From contig LSRY02000014.1 of NCBI GenBank assembly GCA_001643675.2, positions 372,001-436,000 on the forward strand: a DNA stretch of 64,000 bases, in the 5' to 3' direction. The notes beneath the pieces are model-generated. The model ran no database searches and was not told where the DNA came from. It saw only the letters and a program-made list of their open reading frames with translations. Positions 15,001 through 21,747 of this stretch are shown here, one piece after another. The DNA comes from Monocercomonoides exilis PA203 (Eukaryota > Protista > Preaxostyla). The translations under genes were made by a program, and so were the position numbers. How positions within the stretch are numbered: position 1 is the first letter of the stretch; every line of letters starts with the position of its first letter.

Positions 15001-17322
15001 CCATTCAAGTTGGATTCTTCTTCTGAAACGCAAAGTCAGCCACTCAGCCAAAATGCCTTGAAAGATGTACTTGCTGGATCTGGTAATGAAGGAAATGACA
15101 ATAGTTTGCCGCAGTACCAACTGTCCTTATCTCTTTCTCCACCACCTGATTCTCCAAGCCCTAACCCAGCCATCTCTCCTGCATATTCGCCAATATCTCC
15201 AACTCAGTATGCTACTCGATCTATATCGCCTCCACCAATGCCAAGAGCACCTCCTCGTCCAGAAGGTCATCCAAGTACCGCATCTTCTCCGTTTTCTTTT
15301 AATTCTCCACATTTTCCTCCATCTGCAGTCATGCAACCTTTGCCATCAACCGGACCATTTGCAAGCAGTAATAAAAGAGGTTCGTCTCATGCTCCTCGTG
15401 CGTCTTCACCACCACCAATGGCACTTCGCAGTGCTAACTCATTCCCTCAATTTGTTCCTCGTAGCGGAAACCCGTCAGCACTCATATCTCAGCTGGTATC
15501 CCCGTATCCTTCTGACTCACCATTTGCTCATCTGCCACTTAGTTCGAGCCCGTTTTTCGAGGAAACTCATCCAGAACACAAACTGTATGTGAACTTACTG
15601 GCCGATGAGTTATCATTAACCCCATCAACCTTGTTTTCTTCTCGTGGTAGTCAAGCTACATCTTCATCTTCGGCTCTTCAAGATCCTCTATGTATTCATC
15701 CTCTACATGTTCGACTTCAGCTCATCTTCCGGTTGAATGATATTATCTCTTATCTTTTGGATGTTGTGCCAATTACAAAACTCAAATCATCATCAGTAAT
15801 ATTTTCTGCGATTCAATCTGTGCGTTCTCTAATATTCCAGCCAATTAAGCAGCGTATTTGGGATAAATGCATTTCATCTATGCATTTCTCTCAGAATCAT
15901 CCTCATATCATGGTTAATAGAACAATACGTAAAACAGGAAATAAAGTTCGTAACTCTTTGTACAGCCAAGTGATGCGTGCTTTGGACGTTCATATTGCAA
16001 ATGGTTCAATTAAATCAGATGACTATGCATATAGAATTGATTTTACAGGAGAAGGAAGCACTGATCAGGGTGGTCCTTATCGTGAATCTTTGTCAGATAT
16101 GGCTGCTGAGATCCAGGAAATTGACGATGGATCTGATGACAATGGACTGTCGAGCAGTTTAAGAGGCTCAAGCATCAGAACGGATCAATCGTTTGGGCAA
16201 GAAAAATCAGGATTTTGTAAAAGATGTAGATTGCCGTTGTTGCGTCCTTCTCCCAATCAAGCTACGAAGACTGGAAGTGAAATGGACTGCTTTATATTAA
16301 ATGTGTCTAATGATGAAAATTTGTGGAAAACTGGAAAATATCCGCAGAGCTTATCTCTATCGTTATCAAAGAGCGATGAGGAAGCCCGTAGACAAACGAT
16401 GCCTTCTTCCAAAGTTGCCATGCTGAGGTTCCTTGGCGTGCTTATGGGCATTCATATTTTGACGAAAAATCCGATGAATGTGATGCTTTCATCACTAACA
16501 TGGAAACACATTGCGAACGAACGTCCACAACTGAGCGATATAGCAAGTGTTGACGAGCAGTTTGCCAGAACGATTCAAACAATTCGATTATGTCGCAACC
16601 GCGATGAATTTGAGTGTTATGGTGTGGAGTGGAACGTATTGGGAACGGATGAGGTTCTTGTCGATCTTTCTTCCTTCAATCCACATTCTTCAAATTCTTC
16701 ATCAGCTCCATCTTGTCATATGCCTGTTGCATTCGAAGATAGATATTCTTATTGTTCTGCTGCTGAATCTTATCGACTTTGGGAAGGAGCGGAAGAAGCA
16801 GCTGAAGTGCGACAAGGATTATTGACAATGATTCCTGAAACAATACTATTGCTGTCAACTGGGCGGGAATTGGAAATGCTTGTTTGTGGGGATCCAGAAG
16901 TCAAAGTTTCAGATCTTCGCCTCGTCACAGAATTTTCAGGAGGACTTTCGGATGGCGATGAACTTGTTCAGATGTTCTGGGAAATGCTTGAGCGAATGAC
17001 TAATACTCAAAGGCAGTTGTACTTAAGATTTGTAACTGGGAGAACTCGATTGCCACCGATTGTGGAAGGGAAAGTTCCGTCTCAGTTAAAAATCCGTGTC
17101 GAACCCAAGCAAGGTACAGATTCTATCTTCCCAGAAAGTCACACGTGCAATCAATCTCTGGAGTTGCCTCGCTATTCAAGTGTGGATATTATGCTTGAAC
17201 GATTTGTATATGCAATCACAAATTGTATATCCATTGATACAGATTTTACTGCAGAAGGTGGATATAATGATGAAACTGATGATGCTGAAGATGAAGCTGA
17301 AGTTGAATCATCTTTTGATTAA
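1..17322 (+). CDS. Giant HECT-domain E3 ubiquitin ligase (HECTD4/UBR5-like architecture), 5'-partial
   Basis: The frame is open from base 1 (GAA GAT GTT...) into the 139..17322 ORF, so the gene starts upstream of the window. C-terminal HECT motifs: 'IDFTGEGSTDQGGPYRESL', 'LRFLGVLMG', 'ELEMLVCG', 'FWEMLERMTNTQRQLYLRFVTGRTRLP', 'FPESHTCNQSLELPRYSS' (catalytic Cys codon 17146-17148). Confidence 0.92.
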   Translation, partial: EDVDASFNKVFPYFVHYASQLLTLSSDLLDSGINELCRIRYERIQLMKKRVKSEEMPDNLGCSFTSTEIDDILIVLKKSSVGTLCQSLILLLSLITSNSPSVASLMVKPVSRFLSSYNKFLNALLGKDNEMNFSDSDSESINEISNAFAKRKSDELSHSELAVLKKVTQSISAPKPTRIETRHPYDNDQDWKKTVKVDEAVGYKLHFNTKCETENKYDWIRVFEVVQKPNGKDGEGRELMMCTGTNFPKKDVLLMKKGLVFQFHSDGSGVEWGIEIDVTPIMGDKKVVSEWYVQLSYEIAQILSLCLKCICKFGVGESAKRAHLKGEKEEEEEDDDENANKKTETEPSDKPDESTGQEEETNSDSDDHSSEESSHSSQNNNSEGKDKGKEESASLFRTSYTDINLLLEQMRIGSKVKGRWENGRWLCYEDPSSSAKSNLRVYVYGKNELEIWEGSFCRSALLLPEVQEACARQLFSRGVSEAVIQSVEAASSLLNKNLSVSVAKEYVSSIVKQEQFLEGSRLCAESMLLKEILTMPDSIITSSLDLVRDSVKIAAPALKLPEQANCDTPSTELTAKLLINSLLFGPSQTEKLKSNYSKLTSLPTFVPGEQLVDTLSLAQPPFPMGSQTKAAGMELLGIVLGTVLAVSSAALKGALELARDMSKKLAEKFKAAKGSGDFVSSQTAKVMIPRQQIDTNLIRVWRGCTSVVASLIRGSQDKKGPVLSILLEEIRRRSFLLINSCRFDGLRVIKEATTSFEAQPPTVSAAISISQLGANKSNTEKTGTLQLSASDLSQVLLFLREVSSVQFIRSVLFWRLAARTKTHSLHQIAHILEKEDQKFNGSADTLASLLSPMYLTVSNIPLYQSLSQMISESQVGSLTEGLECSGDMLCSSVNTALFEVGKSLLYQLENSSCLVDEIWLIVNAQCDGTENSKKDAISSMGNINPYIHVAGEALVVRCHELIAILASINSIVGILVNKTNQCLFKSTKNNDTADAENDFSNISILKLLHLIKKIASLNDIGLPEVKRLRISAFSLLKIIVTELLLPEMHESNTSSESISNDSFNAEEVFNSNWEKLFNETQLGAIEVLKFCLRMASEEMKIDKTERSAQLKNLLLRRKASEESNSSASFLSSSLLLPPIDDSYALTVASFIGSLVFCALNTMVASYSTVADDSDAKELEGKRKQSFIALYSALDANCYRDIALLTLFGTPRIQRIAIQTLSLLLRYHSGPVEIEIQDMKINPLDVLLLLSNLTIFGRMKDTVKDYHLFDPTNKKELRRIKDSSDALSILTQVLVSSTCFSAANAIGSVVPKVFPTMADPEEVIPKENTTTGLQNEAKKNFSIHPTDFPLYASQMSVLKSPAFLEAIQKTYNFNDEIMKVGKLWIDELFHNFEKFSECQMETQLEEKATKENQPVSMSDGQMLSESKDSPVNKTLKQDEHHTEIDKSQNGDGIKESTHDSDSLSMSFPAKYHEKNNPLITMFENSHLFMTPQLDLHLPTILNLQDHLSGLFSSLHHNQRNNSASTLADQLASQSSILSPTSPRNTSNLLHPPSMDFNSWASRSSTSSPIEETEDLIPSITLFIKACTQFLNHPLRLVPIEEVQSLERCASEALRSLAMISFDSISAYKFLVQHSKYPSGASIIEQLASRRIKGAQRVREKLMEAVKDLPKTLRNTYLWLQNLDEGTSSSEMEETCNKNCTVEMQNLPKLIEQSAALKVLGLDVDSEADVGLNVEIKVQDGSLKATTGVIVDIWKESGLCLVSFDQSPELKLVPIKALALLSQESSISNQDMILTDALRKIHKGCIQMSQKQSGENSSENVPLLFGNATFQVTKQLNELYNKQVKTYMHYSNSESSSSLSLQNGDAKKDVADEEKDVQFTDEQRVMTSALLVLSRIRCDVMKVINRIVTFGKEELNCSSAAQSGLNELDSMVASVVQMASHGTVNEAKTVTNKRALMLEKVLCSTDYTQNPNENDKDGSSSASSSKSSIEPTSVNDIYLRCWTDSFHKKVTTVCFWICPKCFVAGIAVCSCGRELKSPAELINPKEFKCSACKKVQPLSTQKDMCGCHGKTSAYLQHQHFFAIVNKEEMELIYCQTKKQKEDTFVPLLHCRKTGVVRVATDNEKMLRITCPGSHLKKSTSDADSSNLPFTPIMDLATTNLEHSNIINAIINQPDVPLTAFKHPKLPIEPHVFFNSKDHSDVKESFENSKKKYKSILKELKRIQKRIVKTENNNNSDNTNTRNTSSSSSSSSSSSSSQSSTYEKDLSQILAEDSIKIDDDLLSLNEEDEDSNVVCATNEEFSDCTWELLPVFFMTENKYPLNRLASLDHLKTIASDFSFSKYLKSARDCICESIFDKQYFRNVTSLLKRVFEHPVFNADILQLESIFNIGASQGFKVDFSMIHPAVSAAMIAAAAVKKGERVLLVGSDAFVMSSILSKLIRPGGIVVQSAGNENVYIQQRSYQNRSNVNAKRLNELEIEKQLKLLNDRPEPTSSCSSPLSPKQPLSELSPSGASEKISKSKYSLACYDMFKDDDITPLNVFHTKADAMQLPPSLYAFDVIISASKFDSRYLLSLIALLDQHNPSSRIIYPDIEEMKVCQVTLRSKRPRISKFAQLQSEDELKALPLCTEESDQRHPYRDCLPVGNMPFRGNDHELPFLYQEDTMKEMTIDLAKRAITYLCEKIPVVELKQPLTFDKVFPDSLKQVSLDYSSTGRAEALWSSIQCMQFGMCTKHSGPHVGIYHNYRQTVEHIRRRAKESKEKENLEKEENKFTSLLPAAIAKRYPLSIKSCFAEQFPERYEKAQELADRIDSEEAIVEYEGVKCELSRSNMERAEMIGEKYGSILSMNCSCCGVSFGGWCICLPCKCFCHNHKTKKEVVNIQRMRKKGRASWKEKGQADLSNVDPSMKSMLSVGEHYYSNAFCDCSEGVDNMPQAWKCNLNLCSKYEIGNISKHSTDYEGTSSSSSSYSSSSSSSSSSSSSSSSSSSSSSNKTVQSNENSSLSIAEPMWICPSMEIFAPDFINTEEAMELSRLGKDVIFMGLKVYEDYDEEIFYHTTPKDEIFNVVGQPFEQEKEALFELFELKRKKRISEKWANDWNEMSSAVSSKEMKEKTSSSSDSEKMEVDFSGKKEDDEEEKERKPICSSSSSSSSSSSSSSSSSSSSSSILSSINKATISKCKSLFSLMFSHSFIKANAEHLELEEKKGEEEWREQTEENEDESTEEESEAALEEKECSNDESDKIEDIEKEEEYSESEENANEMEVKRDKDDEDDKESIDTSSSELEEEEEMSSDEDSLSGASLLASTSRKKHRKKRNYRRCVGLRSKGFRRFYDGGERLLGGMESDLDSDSDMLDLFSNCSDSDSVSISTSVSSDSSDSADDKGDQDNVNTGLAFLFEEDSDKPASSGSNNNSNIDDFLTDSSSEDSDSDSDSDSDEDDDSYSSDGSSSSSSRINDSDDSSDNSADRLMKLKNMFNKKKEKLKSVISSLKQQKQNIKHSSAASRKKEDEREVEDVEPQNLETSLLVDKCKLPYASSYSGTVLKEDVKVLETILSQSADSSTISVTSSSSSSSSSSSSAFGALLVPPPEVAKEKSLNASQLSSSANKVKSSSSNLPPRVQKIVSFYAKANEEVRTNSASSSSASASSKSGQLSQMENEERTFVDSLCGIDLINRVKDKGNASSLIASVSPATSPSPDDSPQAELSAMDERHSTLDLKKLISESSEEEALHGESSDATQSMRRKMDGLLSNLTDHQADREQELTTRRCRGHGTQEDEDEGEEEEEEDELSDFLSSSSDESDSSISTDSDGHSISAGENPSGASLFLNSASSLFSGSSESNGLFGWGRLGSGAESAEGLMLSNQMYQLSKPDHGFTNPNPKSVKPGDVYFLKQNIKLNTLPMMSHISSSLGNCTLSDLSYCPAVVIKSDGVMAFVEVSVASVGLIQYLWVPIESLCVCNILTDDPEIPLTNSTDCSNIAGTSFDSRLKNNKVKKEALKKRAVQLLIAEHFLSQQVAKGIIVDLIINVPRKERFQDKLTTLINESTMLSFLRSAMFGTIFLDLRAEKELIQGRSPANSFGSVFGLMSSSSSSTQNTSLEIENSTSRNYVSAKSGEEALILLTQRFGWWIADEFAEDNLGNRIVEVLSSEGSSAIQRNNSPLSSKEKEKDKKARGWGDGCLSMLLRYLLSTLTSPRRVANAIIVSENQSLDAIVPEENLWNVESSCSSSSTSSSAFSPFSLSESAETLSQKQREDMCKSLRYQKSKNINLDSSESFNRNAHAVPGYSVYPLVKGSDSESSASANSLKKMLVVESPHNYKDNSDITMELTIPGAKSLHFVFDRRCYTEGGCDRLKFYDAKTGRELKEYSGSDGFEDFTAEGTDSVTFSFKSDGSVNYWGYKFFVMEGESAKGVKSSNETSGNSRSVAISSRTLKWNEFMKDAKESGNLAKASSENSSASDNSKEESALKKVEEKQAKASEGTLELVAWILQLLLSLPTRGFRKLGSSQIESSPFSSSSAQSSQNELLIDFSPLIRPVLNLTIVMTVKHPMHHVFSTILSQMLDRWSYCHSNIPSAEKLSEAVLNKSSQTSPALESSSSTSFPQSFYSGEMCLRGFPTNSVEEYIKFAGIKAKEPTAKEEEKIKQLRAKWEEKLIKGELCDDLSIFKEDTDVSMPSSFALLELKLAMLRAYHIYMRIKHARYAAVKIAETRKKENEENEKIEKINELKRVTKTEDVSDSDYIPQFFWRFGSYSSMLQQLNELIELAHFFTEPLPNPTSRQTVSSQQKSVDFTSFALRKSFRTVIWKGVLDAVRRSIVETLHPYGREGYKTKIILPGARNVRAKVLHGSKIDSNNKHKLYLGNKDFDNMEEKSVFAAQAYSENTSKFLLRIDTNDSPPKKPNDYGIKCWIEFKFGTEAEEFMKAVDIGMIMKKPSDYTSEDETELISAIERETQVGTLLLPTMRRIEDIYRDGRVWNFGLDAKLVDTLNVIMNKEHKKAWKTYGVGDIVEEIGEPFKLDSSSETQSQPLSQNALKDVLAGSGNEGNDNSLPQYQLSLSLSPPPDSPSPNPAISPAYSPISPTQYATRSISPPPMPRAPPRPEGHPSTASSPFSFNSPHFPPSAVMQPLPSTGPFASSNKRGSSHAPRASSPPPMALRSANSFPQFVPRSGNPSALISQLVSPYPSDSPFAHLPLSSSPFFEETHPEHKLYVNLLADELSLTPSTLFSSRGSQATSSSSALQDPLCIHPLHVRLQLIFRLNDIISYLLDVVPITKLKSSSVIFSAIQSVRSLIFQPIKQRIWDKCISSMHFSQNHPHIMVNRTIRKTGNKVRNSLYSQVMRALDVHIANGSIKSDDYAYRIDFTGEGSTDQGGPYRESLSDMAAEIQEIDDGSDDNGLSSSLRGSSIRTDQSFGQEKSGFCKRCRLPLLRPSPNQATKTGSEMDCFILNVSNDENLWKTGKYPQSLSLSLSKSDEEARRQTMPSSKVAMLRFLGVLMGIHILTKNPMNVMLSSLTWKHIANERPQLSDIASVDEQFARTIQTIRLCRNRDEFECYGVEWNVLGTDEVLVDLSSFNPHSSNSSSAPSCHMPVAFEDRYSYCSAAESYRLWEGAEEAAEVRQGLLTMIPETILLLSTGRELEMLVCGDPEVKVSDLRLVTEFSGGLSDGDELVQMFWEMLERMTNTQRQLYLRFVTGRTRLPPIVEGKVPSQLKIRVEPKQGTDSIFPESHTCNQSLELPRYSSVDIMLERFVYAITNCISIDTDFTAEGGYNDETDDAEDEAEVESSFD
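535..840 (+). other. CUB-like domain 1 of the HECT ligase
   Basis: 'ETRHPYDND...LHFNTKCETENKYDWIRVF...FQFHSDGSGVEWG' fits the S/T-x-HPY...TE-x2-D...F-x-SD-x-S...WG pattern of CUB-like domains in large E3s. Confidence 0.7.
5995..6200 (+). other. Cys-rich zinc-ribbon-like segment in the HECT ligase
   Basis: 'WICPKC...VCSCG...FKCSAC...MCGCHG', paired CxxC/CxC knuckles. Confidence 0.5.
7150..7800 (+). other. Degenerate PIMT/PCMT-like SAM-methyltransferase fold in the HECT ligase
   Basis: 'SMIHPAVSAAMIAAAAVKKGERVLLVGSDAFVMSSILSKLIRPGGIVV' and 'YAFDVIISAS' parallel PIMT pre-motif I, motif I and motif II. Confidence 0.5.
8161..8820 (+). other. UBR-box-like zinc finger with insertions
   Basis: 'GMCT..SG.H' ... 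'CSCCG...CICLPCKCFCHNH' ... 'AFCDCSE...WKC' follows the UBR-type Cys/His pattern. Confidence 0.6.
12898..13180 (+). other. CUB-like domain 2 of the HECT ligase
   Basis: 'VVESPHNYKDNSD...IPGAKSLHFVFDRRCYTEGGCDRLKFY...FSFKSDGSVNYWGYKF'. Confidence 0.8.
14407..14700 (+). other. CUB-like domain 3 (divergent) of the HECT ligase
   Basis: 'IVETLHPY...KIILPGARNVRAKV...DYGIKCWI' parallels domain 2. Confidence 0.5.
16030..17250 (+). other. HECT catalytic domain
   Basis: GEG-x2-D-x-GG-P-Y-R-E start motif and P-x-S-H-T-C-x-Q-x-L-x-L-P-x-Y-S-S catalytic motif. Confidence 0.92.
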
Positions 17323-18361
17323 AGTTGATATTGTCATTTAGATTTTTGGAAATATTTTAATTTTTGAATTTTAATTAATAGCAACAAAATGAGAAAATAA
17401 TTTGATTTTTTTTTTTTTTTGCGTATGTGAAAAGCATTTTATTTGATTTATTTTGTATATGCTTTTATTCATGAAACGTATTTGCGCATTCTTCATCTAA
17501 TTTGAAAACTTTTTTTTTTCATTGTTATCGCAAGACATTCGTTCATTTCTCTTTATAATTAATATTTTTTGATATAAATATTAAAGAAAAAATCAAACAA
17601 ATAAAGCATTTGTTCGAAATATGCAATATTCACAAATAGTATTCTGTTTCAGAGCTATTATTGAACCATTGACTAAAATATCTTAAGAAAAATGAGTTTT
17701 CACATCACGTAATTAAAATTATTGATTTAAATAATCGAATATGCTATTTTCACGACAAAATGTCAGTTAATATGCGAAAAAGTAAAAATCGGAGAATTGA
17801 AATTCGTTGGAAATATGCATTTATCTTTTAATAAATCTCTTCATTTTGAAAATTCCACTTTATTTGTATCAGTACTAAGTATTTGCCCTTATTTTCATTG
17901 AAAGAGGGAAACAAGTTCACTCTTTCGTGAATGAAAATTTTTCGGAAACATCAACCAAATTTTTTTCTTGAAGCAAAAACCAATAAATAATAAACAAACA
18001 AAATAAAATAAAAATAAACACTCTCGATTTTCATTTGTCAGAAAAAAGTGAAATCAAAATCAAGACAATAAAGAGATGAAACTTCGAAAGCAACAATCTG
18101 ATTTTTGAACTCACTTTTAGATTCTGTACGAATTTGATTGAACAAATATCAAACAACTGAATAATTGCTGTATTGATTGCATTCATTCAACATAGCCAAT
18201 TCGTGTTCTTTCACATCCTCGAATAGAGAATCTGAAGCTCACACAGTCGACTGAAGTCAGCTGCTGATGATGGAAATTAATAAATTCATGTCAATGGCAC
18301 TTGAGAGTTGAATGGTTGTGGTTGGATTGACGGAAGAATAATCGCTTTCTTTTAAAATAAA

Positions 18362-18450
18362 GAGGAGGAGAAGGAGAAGGAGAAGGAGAAGGAGAAGGAG
18401 AAGGAGAAGGAAGAAGAAGAAGATGATAATAATAATAATAATAATAATGA
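18362..18450. repeat. Compound microsatellite (GGAGAA)n-(GAA)n-(AAT)n
   Basis: Tandem units read directly from the sequence. Confidence 0.9.
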
Positions 18451-19333
18451 CGATGATAAAATGAAGGCAAACGAGAAAAAGAAGGTGAAAATAAGAAAAG
18501 AAGAGAAAGGGATAGAGTTGAAAAGAGATGAACAAAGATTTCATTCTTTAGAAATTCTTTTTGTTGGAAACGAAGAATTTAGCAAAAAATTGTATGATCT
18601 TCAATAAACTGCACTTCCAGCATTTTAACCTCATTCAACTTTGAATTCTTCATTTGAATGCAGTTTTGTATGCTCGAGAAAAACAGATTTTTTACAAAAA
18701 CAAAAAGGGAATTCATTTCAATTAAGAAAAACAGATTTTTGAAAAAGAATTTTGATTTGGACTTGATCTTTTATATGAAATACATGTTAACTTAAATTTT
18801 CATCAATATATCAGCATATTCCATCCTGTTTATTCTTTTCATTTCAAACTCACAAATCACATAAATAAAGAACAACTATCCAGAAGCAATCTATTTTGTG
18901 AGCAACAAGAGTTCATATGGATTTATTAGTTCTCGGTACGAAATTTTGTTTCCATGCTTCTTAAACTGTATAGATGAAAGAAAAATGGATTTCTTCAAAA
19001 CAAATAACCATAAAAGATCCAAATATCAAATCACTTGGCTGAAGTGTTTGAATGGAAATGATAGAAATGTGACAAGATGTTTGAATCTCCTCACAGAATG
19101 AATTGGTTGCAAATTGAATCACATTTATTGAAGATATTTATAAATCAACTGGAAAAAAAGAGGAGGTAATTATTATCGACAAAAATATTTGCATATAAGT
19201 ATTATAGAGATTTTGACTAAACTGTTTTATTTAGAAATTATGGATTTTTTTCTTACAAACAGAATTTTGAGATGAAAAACTTATTTTAACCCTTTATAAA
19301 TTTGTCAAACGAATTTTTTGTGTTTATTTCTTC

Positions 19334-21328
19334 ATGGATATAAGCACAGTCAAAAAACAAAAAAGGGCAACGAAAGCAGTATAAAATTGCATTAATTAAT
19401 GTTGTAATATGGTTTTTTTATTCATAAGATTAACTTGATAAACACAAAAATATCACAACTGTTAGAAGTCGCTGAAGACATTTTGAATGGTGTTCATTAT
19501 TCTGACAATTTAATTTTAATATTATGAATATTTTCAATATAGGTCTGAATGCACCAATTCAGAGGGAAATTGAAAAAGAAAAAGTAATTTACGCAGAATA
19601 TGAAAGAAAATGCAAAGGTGAATTGGAAATGGATTTATGCAATATAATTGATCGATTCAACAAGGAGCGTTTTTCTGTGTTAAGACAATTTGATGTTTGA
19701 ATAACTTAAATAAATTGAAATTCTTGAATTTTTTCATTTCAGGAACAATTTGGAGAGTTATGCTTTTTCTTACAAAATGGATTACTTGAAAACGAAATCA
19801 TCAAATCATCTACGTCCATGTTTCCATCATGCTTTATTTCGGCGTGCAATAAAGTTATGGATATCGGTTTATTTAAGCCAAATGATCCATCATTGTTTTC
19901 TGAATGTGGGGGTGTAATTGAAAATCTAAATGATGCAGCAAATAAATGCTTAAAAGAATTGAATAGTTTAGAAGGAAATAATAAGAGCAGGTTTCGATGT
20001 CTAAAATGTAAACGTCACATGGAAGATATGATTGATGAAGATCGTAATCTAACAAACGGAATATACGAAGGAATGCTCTTAGGTATTCCACACATTGATT
20101 TTATAGATCCAAAAGGTTCTATTTTAGCGCTTAGCGTAGAAAATCCCATATTGAAGACCAAAAAAGTCATTTCATTTTCTGACATTCCTGCGTCCAATTA
20201 TTTCTTGCCACGGAGTCCTGTGCCAGGCATTTCAGCTTCAAAACTCTTAAATTCAAGGTCTCAATCACAGGATGCGCGTGCATCGCCTTCAAAATCCAAA
20301 AAGACAGCAGCAGCAGCAACAACAGCAACAACAAGAGCATCGCGCTCTTCCAGCGCATCTGCCACATCAAGAACATCAAGAGCATCGAGTTCATCGAGAA
20401 GCAGAAGCAAATCAAAATCCCAAAGCAAATCGAAAACACAAAGCAGATCAAAAAGTGCCAAGTCCTCGAGGACATCCAGAGCATCAAGCACGTCGCGTGC
20501 CCCTCCAGTGCCAAAGGGCACGAGGGATCCTTATTATGTAGTTTCTGAGTGCTTTCGGTATTTCGCAAAAAAGCCGTCTTCGCAGCTGGCGCCCCGATGC
20601 TCAAGGCGCTCGAGAACTTCTTATGGCTTTCCTTTTGCCTGCTCTTTTTTGACGTCTGCTTCTCCGATTCCTCCTGTCTTTAAGCTCACGATGCAGCGTG
20701 TGGCTGCCCCGCCTGCTCCGCCGAAGAGGAAGACGACGGCGCTCTCTGCAGCGCCTGTGTCAGAAGAAGCAGCACAGAAAAAACTGAGAGAGAAACAGCA
20801 TGCTGCACTGCAAAGCGAGTCGAAGAAGAGGATCAAGCAGATGCTGCCGGATGTGGACATCGGGCTGGCGATTGCAGAGATATCTGAAGATGCGTTCCTG
20901 CTGAAGCAGACGAACGAGGAGCTGGAGAGGGAGCTGGAGAGACAGGAGCTGAAGAAGATAAAAGGGAAAGACAAGATTAATTACAACATGAAAAATGTGA
21001 AGCTGATGGAAGGGGTGGGAATGATGTATAAAGGGCAGATTATCTACATCGGAGATTTTGTGGAGTGGAGGCATTTTACACGGCAGTTTAGAAACAAAAC
21101 ATATGGAAGATTGACACAAGTCGCAAAAGATTATGTTTGCTTTTTGATGAATTTTTTCTTTCTTTGTTTTTATGATGTTTATGATAATTTATATATATTT
21201 GAATATACACATTTTCTTCTTTGATTAATCAGATAGTTGTTGAGTCTCCTGATTCGTTCGATCATGTCTTTTCACTGAAAGAACTGTGTTCACCAGGCGT
21301 CACATTCAATCATGAATTTTCACTTTAA
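19334..21328 (+). CDS. Sds3/BRMS1-like subunit of the Sin3 histone deacetylase complex; exons 19334-19378, 19429-19489, 19543-19694, 19743-21134, 21233-21328
   Basis: Four GT-AG introns (50, 53, 48, 98 nt) join into one frame. It has an N-terminal coiled coil ('LEVAEDILNGLNAP...IIDRFNKERFSVLRQFD'), an 'LAIAEISED' motif, and a C-terminal beta domain ('MEGVGMMYKGQIIYIGDFVEW...GRLTQVAKDYIVVESPD...FSLKEL') resembling the SUDS3 C-terminus. Confidence 0.6.
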
Positions 21329-21747
21329 TGGAAATTTTATATTTTTTTTTAAAAAAATTGAACAATTTTAAAATTTTCTTCTATATTCAAAGATTCAGCA
21401 AATTGTTTGGATTATGTTTATGTGCAGTGTATGTTTACATTGCTTAATTGTTTTTATTATAATTGTTTTATTGTTTTTCTGTTTATGATTTTTTTATTAC
21501 AAAGAATAATATTTGAAAGTTATCTATATTTAAATAAAAATTATACAGCTATTAAATAAACAAGCATAAGCATGGAAAATCATATTTAATTTTTTTGAAG
21601 AATATTAAAAAAAAATATAAAACAGTTTACTGTAATTTTTTGATTTTTCTGATCTTTGCCATTACTTCATTAAAATCGTAACAGTCATACCAATTCTGAT
21701 TTTGAGAATATAGAATATATTCATATTGTGTTTACTAAATCACGGAG

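Noticed and set aside
18257-18544. 95-aa hydrophobic ORF (poly-I/F/L)
   Set aside because: It is the translation of microsatellites, not a credible membrane protein.
21135-21224. Hydrophobic C-terminus of the 468-aa ORF as a TM anchor
   Set aside because: It is read-through into an AT-rich GT-AG intron (21135-21232).
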